From the NCBI GenBank assembly GCA_038831915.1, contig JAWBKB010000002.1:99751-163750 (forward strand): a stretch of DNA of 64,000 nucleotides. The letters run 5' to 3'. The number at the start of each line of letters is the position of its first letter. The first letter of the stretch is position 1. The notes beneath the pieces are model-generated. The model searched no databases. It was given only the letters and a program-made list of their open reading frames with translations, and had not been told where the DNA came from. The position numbers and the translations under genes were made by a program. The stretch is from Candidatus Caldarchaeum sp. (GTDB lineage: Archaea > Thermoproteota > Nitrososphaeria_A > Caldarchaeales > Caldarchaeaceae). Shown here piece by piece: positions 1-8,714 of this stretch.

Positions 1-248
1 CTATCATCGACGGCTTCCGGAAAGTCATAAACTACATGTTCATGAAAGAGGGGAGGCTCGTTAGGAAAGAGGTTGTCTTCTACCTAGGCCAAGCACGTGA
101 TAAATCCGTTACTCTTTCGCCGGAACACCTCGACTATGTTTGGCTTTCTCTTGAAAAAGCACTTGAGAAATTAACCTTCAAGACAGCTAAGGAAACCCTG
201 ATTGAAGCCGACAACTTCCTCAAGACACGTTTAAACGTTCAAATTTAA
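1..248 (+). CDS. Nudix hydrolase, Ap4A hydrolase-like (5'-truncated by window edge)
   Basis: Frame open from position 3 (IIDGFRKVINY...KEVVFYLG...LSPEHLDYVW), resembling the C-terminal half of Ap4A Nudix hydrolases. Confidence 0.7.
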   Translation, partial: IIDGFRKVINYMFMKEGRLVRKEVVFYLGQARDKSVTLSPEHLDYVWLSLEKALEKLTFKTAKETLIEADNFLKTRLNVQI

Positions 249-274
249 AAACCACATAACCATGAATCCAGCAA

Positions 275-1972
275 ATGAAACCCATTTTCGTGCTGCTGAT
301 CATAGTTCTCCTGACGCTTCCGCAAATAGCCGTGTCCCAACAAGATGCTCAAAGTTTAACCGTGTACGTTACCACGCCTGACGGAAAACCTAAACCTGGA
401 TTGACGGTAACAGCTCAAGCTCAAAACTTTCGGGAAACCGCTGTAACCAACGCGTCGGGCTACGCCGTCTTTCGCCAACTCACAGCGGGAACATATGAAA
501 TAATTATATCGTTGAGGAACATCGAGCTTCTACGAAAAACAGTCGAGTTCCCCTCCACTCCATTTTTGGCAGAGACGGCGCCACTCAGCTCTGTAACGGT
601 TCAGGTATACGATGTTGCTCAAAGGCCCGTAGCAAACATCCCCGTTACGCTATCTTCGCCCAATCGTATACTATCCACCACTCAGAGAACGAATGCAACA
701 GGGTATGCAGTTTTCAACGACATCCCATACTCTTCGGCTCCGTCAATAGCCGGCGACTACAGGCTTTCAGTAACTAAGGAAGGTGTTGAAGTTGGGTCAG
801 TGCAGAGGCGAATTGAAGCTTCTACTGAATTTGTGGAGATATCTGCCCGTCTTGTGAGGGTCAACTTCACGTTTACAGATCTTGGGGGTTCCAAAGCTCT
901 GGTCGACGGAACCCTCGTAATGCGTGGAACAAACTTTACTCAGCAAATAGAAGTAATTCAGGGCTTTGCTTCAGTAATTCAGGTTATAAGCTCTGAAGTG
1001 GTCGGAAGCTACAATGCTTCGCTTTCTATGCGGCTTGGTAACAGGGATGCTGTGGTCTATTCATCGCTCTTGAGGTTGGAGGCTGACGCCGACCTTGTTC
1101 TCAGAGCTGACCTCGGACTTTTGGTTGTCCGATTGGTAGACCCTTCTGGACAACCCGTCAAAGGACTTGGTGTATTGGTAGGTGCCACTGGATACGGAAA
1201 TTTCAGCAGCGGAATAACAGACAGCAACGGAGAAATCACAGCCGGATATCTTCCAATTTCCAACCGTGTTGACCAATACACAATACACGTCTTCAGAGGG
1301 CGGACGAGAATAATAACAGAACAGCTGGTTATGACCGAAGCAAAGATAACTAAACAAATCACAATACCGTTGACAAAAACAACTTTCACAGTGGTAGACT
1401 TTAAGAATAACCCGCTGTCTGGTGCGGTAATCCAAGTAACTGACCCAGTCACTGGAAGAACGTTCAACGCAACGACTGTTAACGGAGCCGCAACCGCCGA
1501 AATATTCCCGGGTGCCAACAATGTAACAATAAGGTACAAAAACACAGTGGTATTCAAGAAAACTATCGAACTGACGGAATCCAGTCAAGCCATCAAAATT
1601 AATTCAATTAATTTCCCAGTAAGCGTCCGTGTGCTAGATTCGGTCGGAAAGTTCGTTGAAGATTTACGAATCATCGTAAAAGCTGATTCGAACGTTTTAC
1701 TAGACCGGAAAACATCGGCTTCGCCTGCATCTGTGGAGCTTGAGCTTCCACGCGAAATAACAATAGATGTCTACAAAGGAGAGGAGCTGCTTTGGCGGGA
1801 ACGCCGGTTCGCTGACGGGCCTTCCGATATTGACATAAGGTTCACTGACATCGTGGTGATTAGCGGTATTTTCATCTCTGCTGATGCATTGGTATCCGCG
1901 GTTTTGGCAGCCATTCTCACAGCGCTGATGTTGACGGTGGTAGTTCGATTGAGAAATTTGAGACAACGTTAA
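275..1972 (+). CDS. Secreted, membrane-anchored surface protein with repeated beta-sandwich (carboxypeptidase-regulatory/prealbumin-like) domains
   Basis: N-terminal signal peptide; repeated V.D..G.P..G..V...T...G.A units; C-terminal TM helix and basic tail RLRNLRQR. Confidence 0.8.
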   Translation: MKPIFVLLIIVLLTLPQIAVSQQDAQSLTVYVTTPDGKPKPGLTVTAQAQNFRETAVTNASGYAVFRQLTAGTYEIIISLRNIELLRKTVEFPSTPFLAETAPLSSVTVQVYDVAQRPVANIPVTLSSPNRILSTTQRTNATGYAVFNDIPYSSAPSIAGDYRLSVTKEGVEVGSVQRRIEASTEFVEISARLVRVNFTFTDLGGSKALVDGTLVMRGTNFTQQIEVIQGFASVIQVISSEVVGSYNASLSMRLGNRDAVVYSSLLRLEADADLVLRADLGLLVVRLVDPSGQPVKGLGVLVGATGYGNFSSGITDSNGEITAGYLPISNRVDQYTIHVFRGRTRIITEQLVMTEAKITKQITIPLTKTTFTVVDFKNNPLSGAVIQVTDPVTGRTFNATTVNGAATAEIFPGANNVTIRYKNTVVFKKTIELTESSQAIKINSINFPVSVRVLDSVGKFVEDLRIIVKADSNVLLDRKTSASPASVELELPREITIDVYKGEELLWRERRFADGPSDIDIRFTDIVVISGIFISADALVSAVLAAILTALMLTVVVRLRNLRQR

Positions 1973-1995
1973 AATTCAACCAGCCGGCTAAATCA

Positions 1996-2316
1996 TTGCA
2001 AAGAGTGAGGTTCGGGTTGCCGAATTGGACCCTAAGTAAGGAACCGACCCCTATCTGCAACCCACTGTGCAGATTTTTCCGATGCGGCAAAAAAGTTCTC
2101 GACTTCAGAAGAAACCCCCCATGGTGCAACTGGGTAGACGCTCCATGCATAGGCTATCAGTGCCCATACGCTCAATGCATTCAAGTTAAGCTGCTTCCAG
2201 ACGGACGATGCGGGCTATTTGTAAAAAGAAAAACCGTGGAGCAGGAAGCTGTCTTTGACGTCTCCGGCGTTGCAGCCGCCCGAGCGAAGAAAAAGCTCGA
2301 CAAACTCGGTTTATAA
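1996..2316 (+). CDS. Small cysteine-rich hypothetical protein (8 Cys, probable metal binding)
   Basis: CNPLCRFFRC...CNWVDAPCIGYQCPYAQC...GRC; 5 bp before cofE; start uncertain. Confidence 0.65.
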   Translation: MQRVRFGLPNWTLSKEPTPICNPLCRFFRCGKKVLDFRRNPPWCNWVDAPCIGYQCPYAQCIQVKLLPDGRCGLFVKRKTVEQEAVFDVSGVAAARAKKKLDKLGL

Positions 2317-2321
2317 AACCT

Positions 2322-3080
2322 ATGGTAAACAAGCTCGAAATCATACCAATCACAGGGATCCCACTGGTCAAGGAAGGCGATAATATTGCTGAGCTAATTG
2401 TTGTAGCAGCCAAACGTGCAGGGACAGAGATTGTAGATGGTGACATAGTGGTCATCGCTCATTCGATAGTATCCAAATCGGAAGGTAGAATTGTAAAACT
2501 GGTCGACGTACAACCTTCACGCTTTGCTGAAAATCTCGCCGAATTAACCGGCAAAGACCCTCGTCAAATTGAAGTGGTTTTGAAAAATGCGAGGAAGATA
2601 GTCAGAATTGGGCACGGGGTCATCATCTGCGAAACTTTTCATGGATTTGTTTGCGCGAACGCAGGCGTGGACGCGTCGAATTCCGGCGGCGAAGATTACT
2701 TGATAACTTTTCCCGAAAACCCCGACAAGTCAGCGAACAGAATCCGGGAAGAAATCAAACGTATCACCGGCAAAGAGGTCGCGGTGATAATCAGCGACAG
2801 CTTTGGAAGGCCATTCCGCGTCGGGTCGGTGAATGTCGCCATCGGATGCAGCGGCATCAACCCCTTGAATGACATTAGAGGCTACAAAGACCTTTACGGA
2901 AGAATTCTAAGGTCTAAAATTGTCTGTATAGCTGATGAAATAGCTTCTGCGGCGGGTCTCGTGATGGGCGAAGCAGACGAAGGAATTCCCGTCGCAATCG
3001 TAAGGGGGCTTAGCTACGACCGAACCAACATCCCCGCAACGGCGATTATCCGTGACGCAAAGGATGACCTATTCAGATAA
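2322..3080 (+). CDS. cofE: Coenzyme F420-0:L-glutamate ligase
   Basis: VSKSEG, CANAGVDASN, DSFGRPFR, ADEIASAA, MGEADEGIP motifs. Confidence 0.92.
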   Translation: MVNKLEIIPITGIPLVKEGDNIAELIVVAAKRAGTEIVDGDIVVIAHSIVSKSEGRIVKLVDVQPSRFAENLAELTGKDPRQIEVVLKNARKIVRIGHGVIICETFHGFVCANAGVDASNSGGEDYLITFPENPDKSANRIREEIKRITGKEVAVIISDSFGRPFRVGSVNVAIGCSGINPLNDIRGYKDLYGRILRSKIVCIADEIASAAGLVMGEADEGIPVAIVRGLSYDRTNIPATAIIRDAKDDLFR

Positions 3081-3786
3081 AGCATATCTGCTAAAGCTCA
3101 TCGAAACAACCTTCCAAAATTTAAAAGACGAAAGAAGCATCGATTTTCAAGAAATTACGAAGCAAATCAGCGTCGACTATGAGAATGTCATTGAAACGCT
3201 ACGCGGCCTGTTGGGGCAGAACCATCCACCCGGGTTCATCAGAGTTTCTCTTGGTTTGGCAGCGATAAGTCTGGGGGCTGAACCGGAGAAAATCGCTAGA
3301 CAGCTCAGCTGGCGAGAAATGGAAATATTCGTAGCTCACGCATGTCATCTGAGCGGACTGATGCAGAGAACAAACGTGCGACTGAGCTTCGAAAAAAAGA
3401 GAGTGGAATTGGACGTGGTCGCCGCCTCGACTTCGCTATGCCTTGTTTTCGACTGCAAACGCTGGAATAAGAGACTCGCCGGAAAAACTCTCAACACAAT
3501 CGTGGAAAAACACAAACAACGCACGATAATCTTAAAACAATTCTTTGAGAAAAACATGTCCGGCAGAAAGCTCGTTTTCTTCACCCCTGTCATCGTTTCT
3601 CTCTACGAACCGAGCTCTAGAAAAGCGTCAGATATATACATCGTGCCGGTCAACTCGTTGAAAAGCTTTTTACAGTTCGTTGAAAACGTTTTGGGCGGCG
3701 AGGTTTACACCGCTCATTTGGACGAAAAGTGGACAGAGTTTTTCGCACGTGATAACTTAAATCAAAGCTTGGAGAACTGGCGTTGA
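3052..3786 (+). CDS. PD-(D/E)xK restriction-endonuclease-fold (Mrr/NERD-like) protein
   Basis: LSWREME...ELDVVA...FDCKRW catalytic-type motif. Confidence 0.7.
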   Translation: MTQRMTYSDKAYLLKLIETTFQNLKDERSIDFQEITKQISVDYENVIETLRGLLGQNHPPGFIRVSLGLAAISLGAEPEKIARQLSWREMEIFVAHACHLSGLMQRTNVRLSFEKKRVELDVVAASTSLCLVFDCKRWNKRLAGKTLNTIVEKHKQRTIILKQFFEKNMSGRKLVFFTPVIVSLYEPSSRKASDIYIVPVNSLKSFLQFVENVLGGEVYTAHLDEKWTEFFARDNLNQSLENWR

Positions 3787-3787
3787 A

Positions 3788-4279
3788 TTGGATAGGCTCT
3801 GGGCGCCGTGGCGGATGGCTTACATCAAAGAGTCGAAAAAAGAGCAGGACTGCGTCTTCTGCTTAGCGGCGTCCACCGAAAAAGACAGTGACCGATATGT
3901 CGTCTACAGAGGAAGCCACGTCTTTATAATCATGAACCTTTATCCATACAACAATGGTCACGTAATGGTGACTCCGTTCAGACACATCGGCTCTGTTGAA
4001 GAAATGAGTGACGAAGAAATGTTGGAAACGATGAGGCTAATCAGGCTGGCTGTTAAGGCGATATCATCGGTCATGAAACCGGATGGGTTCAACATCGGCG
4101 CGAACGTTGGCAAGTCCGCGGGTGCGGGCATTGAAGACCATGTTCATTTTCACATCGTCCCGAGGTGGAGGGGTGACACAAATTTTATGACAATCATCTC
4201 TGATACACGTGTTCTGCCTGAAACAATCGACGAAACTTACAAAAGACTGGTCGCGGCTATTGCTGAGTTAACCGGTTAG
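3788..4279 (+). CDS. HIT family hydrolase
   Basis: LWAPWR, CVFC, YPYNNGH, HVHFHIVPRW triad. Confidence 0.93.
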   Translation: MDRLWAPWRMAYIKESKKEQDCVFCLAASTEKDSDRYVVYRGSHVFIIMNLYPYNNGHVMVTPFRHIGSVEEMSDEEMLETMRLIRLAVKAISSVMKPDGFNIGANVGKSAGAGIEDHVHFHIVPRWRGDTNFMTIISDTRVLPETIDETYKRLVAAIAELTG

Positions 4280-5261
4280 CTATTTCGAGATAATATTTTG
4301 AAACGGGGTTGGCGAGCAGAACAACTCTGCTGACTTCGTCTTCAGTTACGTTAACGAATCCAATATATTTTGCCAGCTCGGCCGCGAATTCTTTGATTTC
4401 CTCTATAGAAGGCATGTTCTCTCTTCGAAGTCGTAGCTGAGATTCACCGACGTGTGTGTATCCTTTGCATTCGACGAAATCAGGTTGCGCTTTTCTGATC
4501 AAATCAGCGTACGACTCTGGCGCATGCATGTTCAAATCCTTTACCAAAGTTAAGCGAACCACCTTTCTGCATGTAAACCTGGACATCAGGTCCAGGGATT
4601 TCATCAGTCTTTCCCAGCTATCCGATATTAACGGCTTGCATGTTTTGATATGCGTTTCCCGGTCGGGGCCGTAAACGCTCAGGTATAGGCTGGTGGGTTG
4701 GCATTTGTGAAGTATTTCTGCGAGTCTTTCAGGCATGGTGCCGTTGCTGACGAGAAAGGTAGTCATATCTCTACGAGTCGCCTCCTCGATGAGTTCTCCG
4801 ATGTAGGGATAGAGAGTGGGCTCGCCGTCTAAGGAAATAGCGATGTGTTTGGGGTTCAGCGCTTCCGAGAACTTCTGCTTCGAAACTTTTGGATTGCCTC
4901 CGAAACCTGAAAGAAGCTGCCTCTGCTCCTGGATAATTTGGTCAAGTAGTTCAGAAGGGCTGTCCCATTGCCCGTCAAACGGTTGTACACGGTTTAGGGT
5001 GTGAAAACGCCAGCAAAAAACACACATCATGTTACAGTATTGAAGGGACGGGGTCATCTGAATACATCTATGACTTTCGATTCCGTACCAGCTTTTGTAG
5101 CATTTTTTACCGCCTCGAAGTGCCGACTTTGTCCAATGACAAACCTTGACCGCTGAATGTCTGCCCACTATGCGGTAACCTGCTTTCTCAAACTTGCCGG
5201 CTTCAGCCACCGACGACCTCTTCGGCTTCTTGACTTCCTTCAGCGGTATGACCGTAGTCAA
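4257..5261 (-). CDS. taw1: 4-demethylwyosine synthase (radical SAM)
   Basis: HSAVKVCHW, CYKSWYGIESHRC, CNMMCVFCWR, ECKGY. Confidence 0.93.
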   Translation of the reverse strand: MTTVIPLKEVKKPKRSSVAEAGKFEKAGYRIVGRHSAVKVCHWTKSALRGGKKCYKSWYGIESHRCIQMTPSLQYCNMMCVFCWRFHTLNRVQPFDGQWDSPSELLDQIIQEQRQLLSGFGGNPKVSKQKFSEALNPKHIAISLDGEPTLYPYIGELIEEATRRDMTTFLVSNGTMPERLAEILHKCQPTSLYLSVYGPDRETHIKTCKPLISDSWERLMKSLDLMSRFTCRKVVRLTLVKDLNMHAPESYADLIRKAQPDFVECKGYTHVGESQLRLRRENMPSIEEIKEFAAELAKYIGFVNVTEDEVSRVVLLANPVSKYYLEIANRLTQQ

Positions 5262-5320
5262 CCCAGCCCATTAACAAATAAGCGAATCATTTAATCTTTC
5301 CCTCACCCACATAGAAAGTT

Positions 5321-6202
5321 GTGAAGTTCGGGGTTGTCGGCGCCTTGACAATCGACGTTTATGGTGACAAGATATTTCTCGGAGGTCCTCCGTGGTTTGC
5401 CGGAGGAGCGGCCGCGTCCATCCATCACTCGGTAAATGTCTATTCCGCAGTTGGAGAACTCGATTTTCCACAATCTTTCTATGACCAGCTCGTGAAAGCG
5501 CGTGTGAACATCTCTAAAATAGTCAAGGTGCCTGACAGTTTTTCCTACACTTTTCAGCACAACTATACGCAAAAAACTCGAAGGTCAAAGCTTATCAGGA
5601 TAGGGCCCCGAATTCCAGAGGATAGTCTCGCCGACATCGACGTCGACAGCCTACTGTTGTCACCGGTTTACCGCGAAGCCGGCGAAAATCACTTCAAAAT
5701 CCTTCGGAACAGTTCGTCTCATCTGGCCTTAGACATTCAAGGGTTTCTCCGCGAGGCCGACGACTCCGGAAACGTGTTTCTAGTTTCAAAAGAACTGGGA
5801 CATTTGCTGAAGTCAGCTGATGTCATTCATTGCAGCGACGAAGAAGCCGTGGTGCTGTCTGGAGAAGCTGACCCGTTGCAAGCGGTTAAGAAAATAGCTA
5901 GGGCCGCACCTGGAGTTGTGCTGGTAGGCTCGAGAACAGGGTTGTTGGCTGCACATCGAGGCATGGTCAGCTTCTTCAGCATCAACCTTGAACACAGTGA
6001 TGTTGATCCAACAGGCGCTGGAGACATGCTTACAGCTCTTCTTGTCGCTTTCGTTCGGGAAGCAGACTCGGCGACCGAGGCGACTGTATCGGCTTTGGCG
6101 CATCTCGTAGAACTGCTCCGCAGACCCCGGGAATCACGGTTCATTCAACCTGTCCATCCGCGGCCCGAGCTTGTTCATCTACTGTGGACAACGCCCGTTT
6201 AG
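5321..6202 (+). CDS. PfkB family carbohydrate kinase
   Basis: LGGPPWF, LDIQGF, DPTGAGD. Confidence 0.82.
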   Translation: MKFGVVGALTIDVYGDKIFLGGPPWFAGGAAASIHHSVNVYSAVGELDFPQSFYDQLVKARVNISKIVKVPDSFSYTFQHNYTQKTRRSKLIRIGPRIPEDSLADIDVDSLLLSPVYREAGENHFKILRNSSSHLALDIQGFLREADDSGNVFLVSKELGHLLKSADVIHCSDEEAVVLSGEADPLQAVKKIARAAPGVVLVGSRTGLLAAHRGMVSFFSINLEHSDVDPTGAGDMLTALLVAFVREADSATEATVSALAHLVELLRRPRESRFIQPVHPRPELVHLLWTTPV

Positions 6203-6458
6203 CCCGTTTGTTTCCAGATTTCATTAATTTTTTCACCTTGTTTACGAGGCTTGGATAACGGTCCTTCAATGCCTTTTCAACGATGTCCGCAAGCTCTTCG
6301 CTGATGCTATAGCGGGGAATAACGTTCTTACGGTAGTTGAACACGGCGGTCGCGACCGGCGAATAGAATGCGAGTCGGGGCTGTTTTTTCGCGTAATCCA
6401 CGGATTGTTTCAAGATTTTGTCGTCGATTTTGTTCTGTATGGTTTTCCTCCTTTTCAT
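6141..6458 (-). CDS. Small basic hypothetical protein, possibly DNA-binding
   Basis: 105 aa, Lys/Arg-rich, helical core FYSPVATAVFNY...SISEELADIVEKAL; ATG start. Confidence 0.65.
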   Translation of the reverse strand: MKRRKTIQNKIDDKILKQSVDYAKKQPRLAFYSPVATAVFNYRKNVIPRYSISEELADIVEKALKDRYPSLVNKVKKLMKSGNKRAKRALSTVDEQARAADGQVE

Positions 6459-6465
6459 GATGACT

Positions 6466-6877
6466 AGGTTTACCTTTTACCTTTTAACGTTTACCTCGAA
6501 TCATCAAAGCACAGGTTTCAGTGCGTGTGCGATCTTTCGAACGGTGTGAAGGATTTTTAAACACGGGGGCTTGTACAACGCGTATTGAGATGAAATAGAG
6601 GTTGAAATAAACGAGGTCATGCAATTCAATGCTGGTTGATTTGTGGTTAAATGTGGTGTGCTATCGCCGGGGTCTGAGGTCGAAAAAGGGCTTAACAACA
6701 CTTTTGCCATATGAATCGGTTGGAAAATCGGACAGTTGGTTCCCTAATTCAATTGGCATTGTTGACAGTAGAATACCATAGGATAGCCGTATTAACAGTG
6801 TTCAGTAAATCGAACGGCTACCATTACATACTGGTTCAATGAAAAATGTATGGAGGTAAACCTTTTACGGTTTACCT
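6466..6877. repeat. ~410-bp non-coding region bracketed by GTTTACCT motifs
   Basis: GTTTACCT at 6468, 6489 and 6870; TTTACCT at 6476; inverted AGGTAAAC at 6854; perfect 9-bp IR 6854-6862/6869-6877. Confidence 0.55.
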
Positions 6878-7249
6878 TGATGAGCGGTCCGCATAGTGTC
6901 TGACAAAGCTTTCTGGATTCAGCTTTTTCACTATGTGTTCAAAGGCTTTATCGGGTTCGCTGTCCTCTCCGCATGTGTAGATGTCAACGGTGGCGTATCG
7001 GTATTGGTTCCAAGTGTGTACCGCTACATGGCTTTCCTTGATCAACGCGATGACCGATACTCCGCCTTTTTCACCGCCGAACTTCCACGACCTCAGGGAG
7101 ACCAGATTCATCTTCGCTATTTTGACAGCTTCGAGCACCGTCTTGCGCATGAATTTTTCGTCAAGCAGCAGTTCGGAGGGGCATCCGTAAAGGTTTCCGA
7201 AGACATGTTTCCCAACTATTTGTTTCTGAACCGTTTTTCCTTCAAGCAT
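6872..7249 (-). CDS. Pyruvoyl-dependent decarboxylase of AdoMetDC fold, most similar to crenarchaeal arginine decarboxylase
   Basis: E-SH self-cleavage site ([10 protein letters not shown]), DIYTCG; GKHVFGNLY and FGGxKGGVS match the ArgDC paralog as I recall it. Confidence 0.8.
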   Translation of the reverse strand: MLEGKTVQKQIVGKHVFGNLYGCPSELLLDEKFMRKTVLEAVKIAKMNLVSLRSWKFGGEKGGVSVIALIKESHVAVHTWNQYRYATVDIYTCGEDSEPDKAFEHIVKKLNPESFVRHYADRSSR

Positions 7250-7387
7250 TTCTCTTTCTGCTTACCTCAAAATCGTTGACAAAAAGATTTAGATATAAAT
7301 CATTTGTTGACAACATCAGCAGACGAAAAGATTTGCGACGATTTCTGTCAGTTTAGAAATTTTTTTGCCCGAAAAATACGTGCTTAT

Positions 7388-7416
7388 CCAAGTTTTCGAA
7401 CGCATCGAAAATTTGG
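7388..7416. promoter_or_regulatory. Inverted repeat upstream of moaE-moaD
   Basis: CCAAGTTTTCGA-ACGCA-TCGAAAATTTGG, 12-bp stem with one G.T pair. Confidence 0.35.
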
Positions 7417-7459
7417 CCATGAGCAAAGATTATTGGCTGGACATGCAACACGTCGGGTG

Positions 7460-7900
7460 ATGAATCCACTGCAGCCTGGCGTTTATGCTCGTGGTCGACT
7501 TGACTTTAGAAAACTTTTCGACAGTGTTCTTTCCTTCGTGTCTGATGGCTCGTGTGGGGCAGCTGCTTTTTTCATCGGGATAGTCAAGCGCGCTGGCAAA
7601 GGAGCGTTCCCGGTTGATCAAGTTGTGATGGAATCCTACGAAGAGCATGCAAACAAGGCCTTGAAAAGAATTTGCGATGAAGTAGCCGCCGAATATGGTT
7701 TGAAGTTTGTAGGCATATGGCATTTGGTTGGCTCGTTCACGGTGGGTGAACCGGTGGTTTTCGTTTGCGCGGCTGGAGAGCACAGAGACGAGGTATTTAG
7801 AGGCCTTAGAACAGCTGTTGAAAGATACAAACGCGAGCCGGCTTTGTTCAAGAAAGAGGTTTATGTCGACGGCACGTCGGCATGGATGGAGGGAGCTTGA
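7460..7900 (+). CDS. moaE: Molybdopterin synthase catalytic subunit
   Basis: CGAAAFFIGIV, MESY, HRDEVF, KREPALFKKE; start moved from 7304 to ATG 7460. Confidence 0.9.
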   Translation: MNPLQPGVYARGRLDFRKLFDSVLSFVSDGSCGAAAFFIGIVKRAGKGAFPVDQVVMESYEEHANKALKRICDEVAAEYGLKFVGIWHLVGSFTVGEPVVFVCAAGEHRDEVFRGLRTAVERYKREPALFKKEVYVDGTSAWMEGA

Positions 7901-8211
7901 AAGTCGTCACCAAGTATTATGCGTCGATTCGTGAAAAAGTCGGTAAATCCGGTGAAGAATTCGAACTGAAGGATGATGCTTCGATTCTGGATTTTCTCGA
8001 AGCTTTCAGGTTGAAGTATGCTGGTTTGGTGGATGGTTTTTTCGAAGCTGGGGGGCTGCGTTCCGGTTTTGCGGTTGCGTTGAACGGTGAGAGCGTGGAA
8101 AGAAAAGCATGGAGCTCGACTAAGTTGAAAGAGGGAGATGTTGTGGTGATTCTGCCGCCGATTGCCGGCGGTCATTTAAAACTGGGTAGCCTTACTCCGC
8201 GTTGTCCCTGA
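7897..8211 (+). CDS. moaD: MoaD/SAMP sulfur carrier with 12-aa C-terminal extension after Gly-Gly
   Basis: KYYASIRE, LNG, LKEGDVVVILPPIAGG; TTG start overlaps moaE stop (TTGA) with GGAGG upstream. Confidence 0.88.
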   Translation: MKVVTKYYASIREKVGKSGEEFELKDDASILDFLEAFRLKYAGLVDGFFEAGGLRSGFAVALNGESVERKAWSSTKLKEGDVVVILPPIAGGHLKLGSLTPRCP

Positions 8212-8690
8212 TATTTGCCAGTGTAGGGTTTTTCCACGATTGAAGAAAGGCGGGCAAAAACAACGTGTAGAAATCTGTCGCCGGCATAGAGCCTTACTGG
8301 GAAGTCTCCCCCGACAAGCTCGATGGTCAACTCTCCTTCGAAGTTGGCGTCGATGATGGTCGGTGGAATTGTCAACCCGATGCGGGCGAAACTGCTTCTC
8401 AAATTGACAAAGCCCATCAAATCTTTTGGAAGTGACAAATATTCCATGGTGTGAAGTAAAACATGCTCCTTCGGTTGAATTAGGAAGGATTCTCCTTCTT
8501 CGAAAGTGTAGTATTCAGCGGGATCGGATGACTTTGTGTCAAAGATCTTTCCGGCTTTGCTGAAGCGTGCTATCTGCCGTCCGATTCGAAGGTCAAGCCC
8601 GTTTTCGCGGACGATGTCTTCAGAAAATGGAGTGATGCTTAGACGCTCGCTTCTGATGTAGTTCCACAGGTCGAAGTCTGAAAGAATCAT
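8172..8690 (-). CDS. dcd: dCTP deaminase
   Basis: MILSD, LRSSFARIG, IDANFEG, YTGKYQGQRGV. Confidence 0.93.
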   Translation of the reverse strand: MILSDFDLWNYIRSERLSITPFSEDIVRENGLDLRIGRQIARFSKAGKIFDTKSSDPAEYYTFEEGESFLIQPKEHVLLHTMEYLSLPKDLMGFVNLRSSFARIGLTIPPTIIDANFEGELTIELVGGDFPVRLYAGDRFLHVVFARLSSIVEKPYTGKYQGQRGVRLPSFK

Positions 8691-8714
8691 GTTCGGTGAG
8701 GGGATGGCGGCAAT

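Noticed and set aside
6504-6710. 68-aa minus-strand ORF in the long gap
   Set aside because: No recognisable motif; plausible by chance; not ruled out
6540-6730. ORB origin boxes
   Set aside because: Only a G-string and partial GGAAA; no TTCCAxTGGAAA core and no adjacent cdc6
7304-7459. Long N-terminal extensions given by the ORF track (moaE; likewise dtdA, apgM, GT28, polyprenyl synthase, rps4)
   Set aside because: They run through promoters or neighbouring genes; family homology starts at downstream codons
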